Both the position numbers and the translations under genes were made by a program. The notes beneath the pieces were generated by a model, which made no database searches, had not been told where the DNA came from, and worked only from the letters and a program-made list of their open reading frames with translations. Below, in pieces: positions 1 to 7,568 of a stretch of 32,302 nt of DNA; the first letter of the stretch is position 1, and the number at the start of each line of letters is the position of its first letter. Source of the DNA: a virus (taxonomy: Duplodnaviria; Caudoviricetes); the IMG/VR virus record IMGVR_UViG_3300038673_000431, positions 1-32,302 of that record. One strand, given 5' to 3'.

Positions 1-1
1 A

Positions 2-1012
2 ATAAGTATTGAGAATCTGAAACTTGCCGACGATAAAGCCAGGCGTGGCAAATCGGGTAACTATGGAGTGCGAAAGCACGACAAAAACAGAGATGAAAAT
101 ATACTGAAATTGCACGAATTATTAAAATGCCAGCAATTTCAATGCTCTGAATACCGCGTGTTTACTATATATGAGCCTAAAGAGCGCGTTATATATCAGC
201 TACCTTATTATCCCGATAGAATTGTGCATCATGCAATAATGAACGTGTTGGAGCCTATTTGGTGTAAAATATTCATAAGAAACACTTTTGCATGCATAAA
301 AGGCCGTGGAATACACGATGCAATGAATCAGGCAAAGCGCATGTTGAAAGATGTTGAAGGTACAAAGTACTGTCTTAAAATAGATGTGCGAAAGTACTAT
401 CCAAGCATTAGCCACGATGTACTGAAGGCAGTAGTAAGGCAAAAGATAAAATGTACTAAAACGCTTAAATTACTCGATGAAATAATAGGCAGTGCGCCTG
501 GTGTTCCAATCGGAAACTATTTGAGTCAGTATTTTGCTAATTTGTATCTGGCGTATTTCGACCATTGGATTAAAGAGGAATTAAAGGTAAAGTATTACCT
601 GCGATATGCTGACGACATGGTATTTATGGCTGCTGACAAGGCCGTGTTACACGGTTTGTTGATACAGATAAATCACTATTTTACAGAGCATCTGAATGTG
701 GCAATAAAAAGTAATTTTCAGATATTCCCGGTCGAAAGTCGCGGTCTTGATTTTGTTGGATTTGTATTTCGTCATTCGCACACAAGAATGAGAAAGAGTA
801 TAAAAAGGAATTTTGCACGCAGGCTTAAACTTATTGAAAAGAAAAACTTAACGGACATAGAATACAAACAGCAATTGTGTGGGTGGCTCGGTTGGGCCAA
901 ACACTCCGATTCGAGACATTTTTTAAAAAAGAATATAAAACAACAGCATTATGAAAGCATCTTACAGTCAGTTACCAGCCCCGTTGGAGCAAATGCCCGA
1001 AGGGCACACTAA
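2..1012 (+). CDS. Reverse transcriptase, diversity-generating retroelement (DGR) type; 5' end outside the window
   Basis: The frame is open from base 2 (ISIENLKLADDKARRGK...), so GTG68 is not the true start. RT motifs: PKER, YPDRIVHHA, ACIKGRGIH, LKIDVRKYYPSI, PIGNYLSQ (506-529) and catalytic YADD (605-616). GNxxSQ is the DGR-type form; group II intron RTs have QGxxxSP. No maturase or endonuclease domain. Confidence 0.9.
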   Translation: MSIENLKLADDKARRGKSGNYGVRKHDKNRDENILKLHELLKCQQFQCSEYRVFTIYEPKERVIYQLPYYPDRIVHHAIMNVLEPIWCKIFIRNTFACIKGRGIHDAMNQAKRMLKDVEGTKYCLKIDVRKYYPSISHDVLKAVVRQKIKCTKTLKLLDEIIGSAPGVPIGNYLSQYFANLYLAYFDHWIKEELKVKYYLRYADDMVFMAADKAVLHGLLIQINHYFTEHLNVAIKSNFQIFPVESRGLDFVGFVFRHSHTRMRKSIKRNFARRLKLIEKKNLTDIEYKQQLCGWLGWAKHSDSRHFLKKNIKQQHYESILQSVTSPVGANARRAH

Positions 1013-1286
1013 ATTTAGATTCGACATAGTTCAGGTCGAAAACGGGGACGCCCCCTCGTTCGAATGCAGGGAGGTAGATATACACGGAGCGGTCACTCCT
1101 GAGAAAGTGATAGCGTCCGCTATTGCAGAAAAATGGGGTAACGGCATTGAACAAAAACTTATCAATGATTACAATGAGTTCAAAGCAGGCCTGTCTGAAG
1201 ACATAAGCGCGGAAGCTACGTATCTGGAATTCCTGTCTGCTCGTAAGGATTTAAAAGAAAGTATTCACCAATTAATACCCATGTAA
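951..1286 (+). CDS. Small phage protein, possibly a tail-fibre assembly chaperone
   Basis: 111 aa, overlapping the RT 3' end by 62 nt. The C-terminal EQKLINDYNE...YLEFLSARKDLK helices resemble small proteins encoded after tail-fibre genes in Bacteroidota phages (from memory, not searched). Confidence 0.45.
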   Translation: MKASYSQLPAPLEQMPEGHTKFRFDIVQVENGDAPSFECREVDIHGAVTPEKVIASAIAEKWGNGIEQKLINDYNEFKAGLSEDISAEATYLEFLSARKDLKESIHQLIPM

Positions 1287-1287
1287 A

Positions 1288-1551
1288 ATGAAAAAGATCA
1301 TAAACTGGTTCAAAGTCAGAAACGATAAGCAAAAACACCTGCTTGTAGGGTTTGCGCTTGGCTTCCTCTACTTTCCTTTTGTGTTCGTATGGGGCGTGAA
1401 CGAAGCGCTTATAGCAAACCTTATTGCCTCGAGTTTAATATTCATAGGAAAAGAGGTGTATGATAAGTACAAACCAAATGCTACAGGCTTTGACAAGGTG
1501 GATCTGTTTGCGGATTACCTCGGTTGGGGGGTTGGCGTGTGGCTCAGTTAA
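1288..1551 (+). CDS. Small membrane protein (DKxxH...KExxD...GFDxxDxxAD type, YfiM/DUF2279/VanZ-like)
   Basis: 87 aa; DKQKH followed by hydrophobic helices, then GKEVYD and GFDKVDLFADYLG. The frame continues past the TAA to a second stop at 1590. Confidence 0.6.
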   Translation: MKKIINWFKVRNDKQKHLLVGFALGFLYFPFVFVWGVNEALIANLIASSLIFIGKEVYDKYKPNATGFDKVDLFADYLGWGVGVWLS

Positions 1552-1594
1552 GTACTTATAGTAATACCTATTCACTTTATATTTAGATAAGCTT

Positions 1595-1888
1595 ATGTTT
1601 GAAGGCACAAAGAAGTTATTAACCAACAATACAGGTTACTCCATTAAGAACTGGTTTCTATATGGAGTAACTATTGTAGGAATCTTACTATTACTAATAG
1701 TAGGGTTTGTCTTGATATGGGATGTATTGAAAGATGGAACAGTTAGTAGTAATATTTCAGACCTTGCGACTTTCATAGGGTCAGTTGCTGCTTTATTCAC
1801 TGCTGCTGGTTTACCCAAGATAGTGGGTGATATTATGGAGAAGAAAGTTAATGGTAAAAAACAAAAGCAAAATGAAGAATCGCATTAA
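1595..1888 (+). CDS. Putative holin (two transmembrane helices)
   Basis: 97 aa with two hydrophobic segments (WFLYGVTIVGILLLLIVGFVLIW; LATFIGSVAALFTAAGL) and a strongly charged C-terminal tail; overlaps the next membrane-anchored gene. Confidence 0.7.
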   Translation: MFEGTKKLLTNNTGYSIKNWFLYGVTIVGILLLLIVGFVLIWDVLKDGTVSSNISDLATFIGSVAALFTAAGLPKIVGDIMEKKVNGKKQKQNEESH

Positions 1889-2450
1889 AATTATTTTTAT
1901 AAGCCTAATAGCTTTAGTAATAGCATTAATTGGTTTTTTTGCCGGTAGAGCAACAGTAGAAAAAGAAATAAAGTATGTAAAAGGTAAAACTATTACTGAT
2001 ACAATTTATCAGGAACAATTAGTTCCATATGATTCAGTAATACCAAAAAAACCATTTCTACCACTGAAGCCTGATACACAATATGTAGATACTGGTAAAA
2101 CTATAATTAAAGAGATAGTTATGAAAGTAGATACATCAAAAATTATTGCTAATTACATTACGCTTAATAAATACAAAAAAGAATTATTCAATGATGATAA
2201 TGGATCGCTTTATATAGAAGCACAAGTTCAGTATAACGAACTAAGAAAGGTTGGATATACATTTACACCAATACAAAGAGAAGTTGTCAAAAAACGAATC
2301 ATAGAACCATTTATCAGTACATCTTATAATTCATTTAAGTTTGTAGAAGCCGGTGGTGGAGTATTTATAAATAATTTTGGAGTAGAAGCAAAGTATGTAA
2401 CAGATTTTAATAGAAATGGTTTTGAGGTTGGAATAAAATACAAATTCTAA
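1872..2450 (+). CDS. Membrane-anchored, spanin-like lysis protein with C-terminal beta-strands
   Basis: Likely start ATG1872 (MKNRIKIIFISLIALVIALIGFFAGR: basic N-terminus plus TM helix). No Cys or lipobox. Ends in amphipathic strands with a terminal Phe (GFEVGIKYKF). Lies directly after the holin. Confidence 0.55.
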   Translation: MKNRIKIIFISLIALVIALIGFFAGRATVEKEIKYVKGKTITDTIYQEQLVPYDSVIPKKPFLPLKPDTQYVDTGKTIIKEIVMKVDTSKIIANYITLNKYKKELFNDDNGSLYIEAQVQYNELRKVGYTFTPIQREVVKKRIIEPFISTSYNSFKFVEAGGGVFINNFGVEAKYVTDFNRNGFEVGIKYKF

Positions 2451-2495
2451 TGAAAAACAAAATGAACAACAAAAAATGTTGAAATGAAAATTAAT

Positions 2496-2524
2496 GTGTA
2501 GGGTAGCATAAAGTTATCCTACAC
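2496..2524 (+). terminator. Stem-loop upstream of terminase (weak terminator or regulatory hairpin)
   Basis: GTGTAGGGTAGC-ataaa-GTTATCCTACAC forms a 12-bp stem with 2 G-U pairs, followed by TAACTGTTTT; 17 nt before the terL ATG. Confidence 0.55.
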
Positions 2525-2541
2525 TAACTGTTTTATAAGCT

Positions 2542-4569
2542 ATGAGTCAAAAACTTACATATTTAGGAGATGTATTAGAAAATCATCCGGAGTTTATACC
2601 AGACTTTGATAAGAATTTTCTTACGAGAGATTTTATACGAACAAAACGTTTTAGTCCTGTTGTATATGATCCAACGCAAAAGATGCCAGAAAGAGATCAT
2701 CCGGAATATGAGGCTTGGTGGCAAGAACAATACAGACGATGTATTATGGGATATGTTGTACCTAATGCTACACGTCGAGGTCATTCAGTTTGGATTCCAG
2801 GTCGTTTGTATTTCTATTTGAACTTTTGGATTATCTTTGCTATGCTTGATAATGGAGAACGTAAAGATAAACGTAATCCAAAGTTCACTTCATTAGACTA
2901 TTTTAAGTTCATGGTTATTGAACTTATGTTCTACATGAAAGAAGATAATATGTTTCCTAAATCACGTCAGAAAGGATTTAGTGAATTTGGAGCTTGTCTT
3001 ATTGCTTATAATTTTATATTTCTTCCCGGTTCTGTAAATGTTATTGTAGCAGGTCAGGGTGATTATGCTGAAAAAACAATGCAAAATGTTATTACGGGTC
3101 TTGATAACCTAAGTAATAGCGAATTCTATAAACAGCGTAAGCCTAATAGACAAGACTACATGAAAGCGGCATATACTGAACAATGGGAAGATGAAGAAAC
3201 TGGTGAAAAACGAGTACTTTACAAAGGTTTTGGTTCAGAAGTATATTGCATTACAGCCAAGGATAATACTCAGGCTGTTTCTCGTTTGTCTCCATTTTTT
3301 ATTTTATATGAAGAGATTGGTAAATGGAAAAAAGGAACACTTAAAGAAACATCAGAGTTTGTTAAGCCATCTCTTAAAGCAGAGGGACATAAATTAGGTT
3401 ATCAGCTTTTTATTGGTACCGGCGGTGATATGGATGAATCTGTAGCTGACGTACAAGAAATGGCATATAACCCAAAAGCTTTTGGATTACTCGGGTTTCC
3501 TAATATATGGGAAGAATCAGAAATAATAAATACCGGTCAAGTAGCTGCATTTGTTCCATCGTATGAGTTTGAAATTATAGATGAAGATGGCAATAGTCTT
3601 ATTGAAGAAAGTAAAGCTTCTATTATGGCTGAATGGGCCGAAAAGAATAGTACTGAAAGATATAGAGCTATGACACAAAAACCGTTTTACCTAAGTCAGA
3701 TGTTTATGATGACTTCTGGTGGTTTTTTTGGTGAAGAAGCTTTGATACGATTAAATGACAAAAAACGTCAGATTCTTACTGATAAATCTCAACAAATATC
3801 ATTTAGAGCACGTATAGAATGGATTGATGAAAAAGATTGGGGTAAAGGTGTAGAGATGTTTCCTGATGATGAGGGAGAATATATTATACAACAAAGACCT
3901 GAAACAGACAAAAACAAACAAGTATATACAAATCTTTACAATGCCGGTACCGACTCTTATGATAAAGATGAAAGTAATACATCATTCTCAAAAGGAAGTT
4001 GTACTATTTATAAGCAAGTTCTTGATTCACATCACACAGGTAATCATTGGGTAGCAAGAATTACACAGCGGCCATCAGAAGAAGATGGTGGTTCTTATAA
4101 GTTTTATGAGAATACAATAAAGCTATGTATTTATTATGGACACTGTATGAATACTATAGAATACAGTAATATCCTTATCTTTGATTACTATAAACGAAAA
4201 GGTTTTGAGTACTTGCTTGAAGAAAGACCATCAATGGTTATAAGTCAACGAGTAGAAGATTCACAAGCTAATCAAAGATATGGTGTAGAACAATCATTTA
4301 TTCCCCATGGTCTGAATATGCTTCGTGACAGATTAAAAGCTGATAATTATGCTATTATTGATAATATGTACGATTTGGAAATGATTGAAGCTTTTGCTAA
4401 ATTTAAAAGACAAAAAGGCTACAACTGTGATATTACTATCAGTTGTGCATTAAATATTATATCATCAACTGAAAATGAAGAATTGGGTGTTTATTCATCC
4501 GAAGATGAAGATGATGATGATTTCGGTGGTTATAAAGAAAATAGTTTTGGACAAATAAATTGGAACTAA
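2542..4569 (+). CDS. terL: Terminase large subunit (crAss-like)
   Basis: 675 aa; GRLYFYLNF, Walker A region PKSRQKGFS, Walker B ILYEEIG, motif III-like IGTGG, RNase H-like nuclease acidic residues (AGTDSYDKD, TIEYSN, NCDITIS); immediately upstream of the portal. Confidence 0.93.
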   Translation: MSQKLTYLGDVLENHPEFIPDFDKNFLTRDFIRTKRFSPVVYDPTQKMPERDHPEYEAWWQEQYRRCIMGYVVPNATRRGHSVWIPGRLYFYLNFWIIFAMLDNGERKDKRNPKFTSLDYFKFMVIELMFYMKEDNMFPKSRQKGFSEFGACLIAYNFIFLPGSVNVIVAGQGDYAEKTMQNVITGLDNLSNSEFYKQRKPNRQDYMKAAYTEQWEDEETGEKRVLYKGFGSEVYCITAKDNTQAVSRLSPFFILYEEIGKWKKGTLKETSEFVKPSLKAEGHKLGYQLFIGTGGDMDESVADVQEMAYNPKAFGLLGFPNIWEESEIINTGQVAAFVPSYEFEIIDEDGNSLIEESKASIMAEWAEKNSTERYRAMTQKPFYLSQMFMMTSGGFFGEEALIRLNDKKRQILTDKSQQISFRARIEWIDEKDWGKGVEMFPDDEGEYIIQQRPETDKNKQVYTNLYNAGTDSYDKDESNTSFSKGSCTIYKQVLDSHHTGNHWVARITQRPSEEDGGSYKFYENTIKLCIYYGHCMNTIEYSNILIFDYYKRKGFEYLLEERPSMVISQRVEDSQANQRYGVEQSFIPHGLNMLRDRLKADNYAIIDNMYDLEMIEAFAKFKRQKGYNCDITISCALNIISSTENEELGVYSSEDEDDDDFGGYKENSFGQINWN

Positions 4570-4570
4570 A

Positions 4571-7072
4571 ATGGATGATAAATTCAAAAATGCAGAATTG
4601 ATAGAGATAAAACACAAAGTAAATGAAATTATTTCTATTGCTGTTTCCGAATCATCAGAAGAAATAAAAAATGATTTGGAAAATTGGAGTATTTATAATC
4701 GTAAGTACAACAACACAAAATTTAATTACTTAACAAAAACAGAAGGATTTACTTATCCGGCTAAATTTAGAAATGTAGGTCAGGAAATAATAAGAAGTAA
4801 ACTTAATCTTCTTGAATCAAGACAACGTAGACGTGAGTTTAGATTTAAGGCCATAGCTATGGATGAACGTTCATTAGAAGAAAAAGTAAAAAATAAAATA
4901 AAAGCGTATCTAAAAACTACATCTCAGATGTATGAAGAGCGAAACAAGCTTATAGAGTTCGAAATTCAGAAGATAAATGATCAATTGAGCAACATACAGT
5001 CTCAACTGGAGATACAGCCGGAAAACGAACAAATGGCTGCTCAATTAGAAGAATTACGTGCCAATTATCCAATGATAAACTTTGAACTTCAAAAAATGAT
5101 ACGTTTATTACAACGTGAACAATTTGAAGTAAATGAGTTTAATCAAAAATTACAATACAATTTAAGATTTACTGAACAAGAGATTATAGAACAAATAGCA
5201 AATGCTTCTATAAAAGCTTCTATTCAAAAAGATGATCTTATTGAAAGTTGGCTTGTTGCATTTAGAGAGAAATTAGTAACCGGTAAACCATCATTTCTTG
5301 TTTATTATGATACAAGAGCTGAAAAAGTAGTATTTAAACAAGTAGATTCAAAAGATGTATTCTATTCTCGTGGTGGAAGTAATAAATGGACAAATAAAGG
5401 TGAATGGTGTGCAGTACGTGAAACAATGGATTACTCACAGATTGCATCTGAATTTGAACTTACTGATCTTGAACATAATCTTGTAAAAATGAACTTTGAA
5501 GGTAATTATGAAGGTATTCGTAATTATTTTGGTAACTCAGCAATTTTTGATCCTGTTGATGGTAAATCTTTCAAAGCAACAGAAGTATGGCGCGTATGGT
5601 ATAATTGCCCGAGAGATGTATATTACAAAATATCTCCAAATAAACATCATGAACAATCATTTTATAATATCATTGATAAAACCGCTAAATTAAAACCTAA
5701 CGAAAAGAAACGTAAAATTACTGTATTTGACCAATATTATTGTGTTGTAATTGGTGGTAGTATTTATATTAATTACGGTAAAAATAATGCTGTGTTTAGA
5801 CAAGTAGATGAACCTGCTCTTCCTCAATTACCACTTGTTGCCAGGACACACAATAAAATTTCTGACAAACCATATTGTCCTATTGATAGAGTAAAAGACC
5901 TTGCTGACCTTTACAATATTGTAAACTATAAACAGGAAATGACTATTGCTCTTGCAGGTGTAAAAGGTATGATAATGGATAAGTCTCAAAAGCCTGAAGG
6001 TTGGACTACTGAAAAATGGATGTATTATCGTAAGCTTGGTACTATGTGGATTGAAACAATGAAAAAAGGTCGTAAAGTACCGGCTTCTTTTAATCAATTC
6101 CAAAATTACGATGATGGATTATCAGAATCAATACAGTGGTATGATAAGATAAAAAACAATATTGAAATGCTGATAAGTAAAATAATGGGTGTTACTCCAT
6201 CAGCAGAAGGACAATTTGATTCAAAAGTTCCTGTTGCTAATGTAAAAATGTCTAATGAGCAATCATCATTAATAACTGAGTTTTTGTTTCATGATAATGA
6301 TATTGTGTTTGGGAAAGCTCTTGAACTTATGCTAAATCTTAAAGCACAGTATGAATGGAATAAAGGAAAGGTAATGAACTATCTTGACAAAGACCTTGAA
6401 GAAACTCTTATTACAATTCCTGAAAATCTTTTGAATAAAGCAAACTTTACTATGTACACAAGTAATAATATCAAAGAAGATACAATGCTTGAAGATGTAA
6501 GGCAAATTGCTATTCAATCATGGGCGCGACAAGAACTACCATTACAGGCACTTGTTTCAATATTTAAAATTGATGATTTGAAGCAAATGGAAGAGAAGCT
6601 AATTATGTATTCTAAAAATGCCGAAGAGTTGAAAACACAAAATGCTATGGCAATTGATGAAAACAAAGCTAATCTTGAACAAAAAACAGCTCAATTAAAG
6701 GCTCAAATAGATATGGAGATAGAACAGTTCAAACAACAAGCCGAACAAGCCAGATTAGAACTTGATAAAGCTATGTTTGAATTTGAACAGCAAAAATTTA
6801 CTGTAGAGCAACAATACAAAGAAAGAGAACTACAAATAAAATCAAATCTTGATATATTAAAAGTTAGCTCTGAAAATGATATTGAATCAGCATATTTGGA
6901 AGAGGAAGGTCGTAATAACAGAGTTATGGAAATTTTAAAATCTTATGAACTTAAAATCAATAGTATATTGCAACAATTAGGTATTGAAGCAAACGAAATA
7001 CAATCTGTAAGAAAAACAAAAGTTGATTTAGATAAGAATATGAGAAATAAAAACAACATTAAAGACAATTAA
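4571..7072 (+). CDS. Portal protein
   Basis: 833 aa directly after terL; YPAKFRN/IIRSKLNLLES N-terminus, LYNIVNYK...LAGVKG stem region and a long C-terminal coiled coil (P22/crAss-type barrel). Confidence 0.85.
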   Translation: MDDKFKNAELIEIKHKVNEIISIAVSESSEEIKNDLENWSIYNRKYNNTKFNYLTKTEGFTYPAKFRNVGQEIIRSKLNLLESRQRRREFRFKAIAMDERSLEEKVKNKIKAYLKTTSQMYEERNKLIEFEIQKINDQLSNIQSQLEIQPENEQMAAQLEELRANYPMINFELQKMIRLLQREQFEVNEFNQKLQYNLRFTEQEIIEQIANASIKASIQKDDLIESWLVAFREKLVTGKPSFLVYYDTRAEKVVFKQVDSKDVFYSRGGSNKWTNKGEWCAVRETMDYSQIASEFELTDLEHNLVKMNFEGNYEGIRNYFGNSAIFDPVDGKSFKATEVWRVWYNCPRDVYYKISPNKHHEQSFYNIIDKTAKLKPNEKKRKITVFDQYYCVVIGGSIYINYGKNNAVFRQVDEPALPQLPLVARTHNKISDKPYCPIDRVKDLADLYNIVNYKQEMTIALAGVKGMIMDKSQKPEGWTTEKWMYYRKLGTMWIETMKKGRKVPASFNQFQNYDDGLSESIQWYDKIKNNIEMLISKIMGVTPSAEGQFDSKVPVANVKMSNEQSSLITEFLFHDNDIVFGKALELMLNLKAQYEWNKGKVMNYLDKDLEETLITIPENLLNKANFTMYTSNNIKEDTMLEDVRQIAIQSWARQELPLQALVSIFKIDDLKQMEEKLIMYSKNAEELKTQNAMAIDENKANLEQKTAQLKAQIDMEIEQFKQQAEQARLELDKAMFEFEQQKFTVEQQYKERELQIKSNLDILKVSSENDIESAYLEEEGRNNRVMEILKSYELKINSILQQLGIEANEIQSVRKTKVDLDKNMRNKNNIKDN

Positions 7073-7085
7073 TTGAAAATCTTTA

Positions 7086-7093
7086 TATATTTG
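7086..7093 (+). promoter_or_regulatory. Bacteroidota sigma-A -7 promoter element (TAnnTTTG)
   Basis: TATATTTG(CA) lies in the 50-nt gap between portal and the GroES-like gene, about 30 nt before ATG7123. No clear -33 TTTG at the canonical spacing. Confidence 0.6.
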
Positions 7094-7122
7094 CAGTGTA
7101 AATCTTTTAAAAAACAAAAAGT

Positions 7123-7566
7123 ATGTATTTAGAAAAAGTACAAGGAATGGTTGATATCATTCAAGACAAAAGAAGAAAGTTAGTAGCAACTTTGCCTAAC
7201 ACAGAAGAAAACAGAGAACTTCCACAAGTTGGAAAAGTTTATGAACCGGGTAAAACTGGTATCAGAGTAAAAAAAGGTTATTTGTTACTTGATGTGATAA
7301 ACGTTCCAAAAAGGAAGTTTGCTATTCAAATCAAAGATAACCAAACTTCGGTATCTGACTTTTTAGGTGTTCATCCACTTGTAGGAGTTGTTTATGAAGT
7401 TTACGAAAAAGAAGAATTTTTTAAAGTAGGTGATGTTGTGTTACTTTCACAGTCGGTTTCTCGTCCAGGTGGTATTCAATCAGTTGTAACCAATGGTTGT
7501 GTTGCTCAATTGGTACATGAAGGAGATATTTTGTGTGTTGATAATAATCTTACAAAATTTGAATAA
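7123..7566 (+). CDS. GroES/Cpn10-like co-chaperonin with N-terminal extension
   Basis: The C-terminal ~100 aa follow the GroES pattern: IRVKKGYLLL, GVVYEV, FKVGDVVLL, LVHEGDILCV (compare GxVxAV, VKVGDxVLF, ILxExDILAV). Confidence 0.65.
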   Translation: MYLEKVQGMVDIIQDKRRKLVATLPNTEENRELPQVGKVYEPGKTGIRVKKGYLLLDVINVPKRKFAIQIKDNQTSVSDFLGVHPLVGVVYEVYEKEEFFKVGDVVLLSQSVSRPGGIQSVVTNGCVAQLVHEGDILCVDNNLTKFE

Positions 7567-7568
7567 CT

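Noticed and set aside
2-1012. Group II intron or retron interpretation of the RT
   Set aside because: The motif is GNYLSQ rather than QGxxxSP, there is no maturase or HNH domain, no domain V/VI-like RNA follows (the next gene overlaps the RT), and no retron VTG motif is present.
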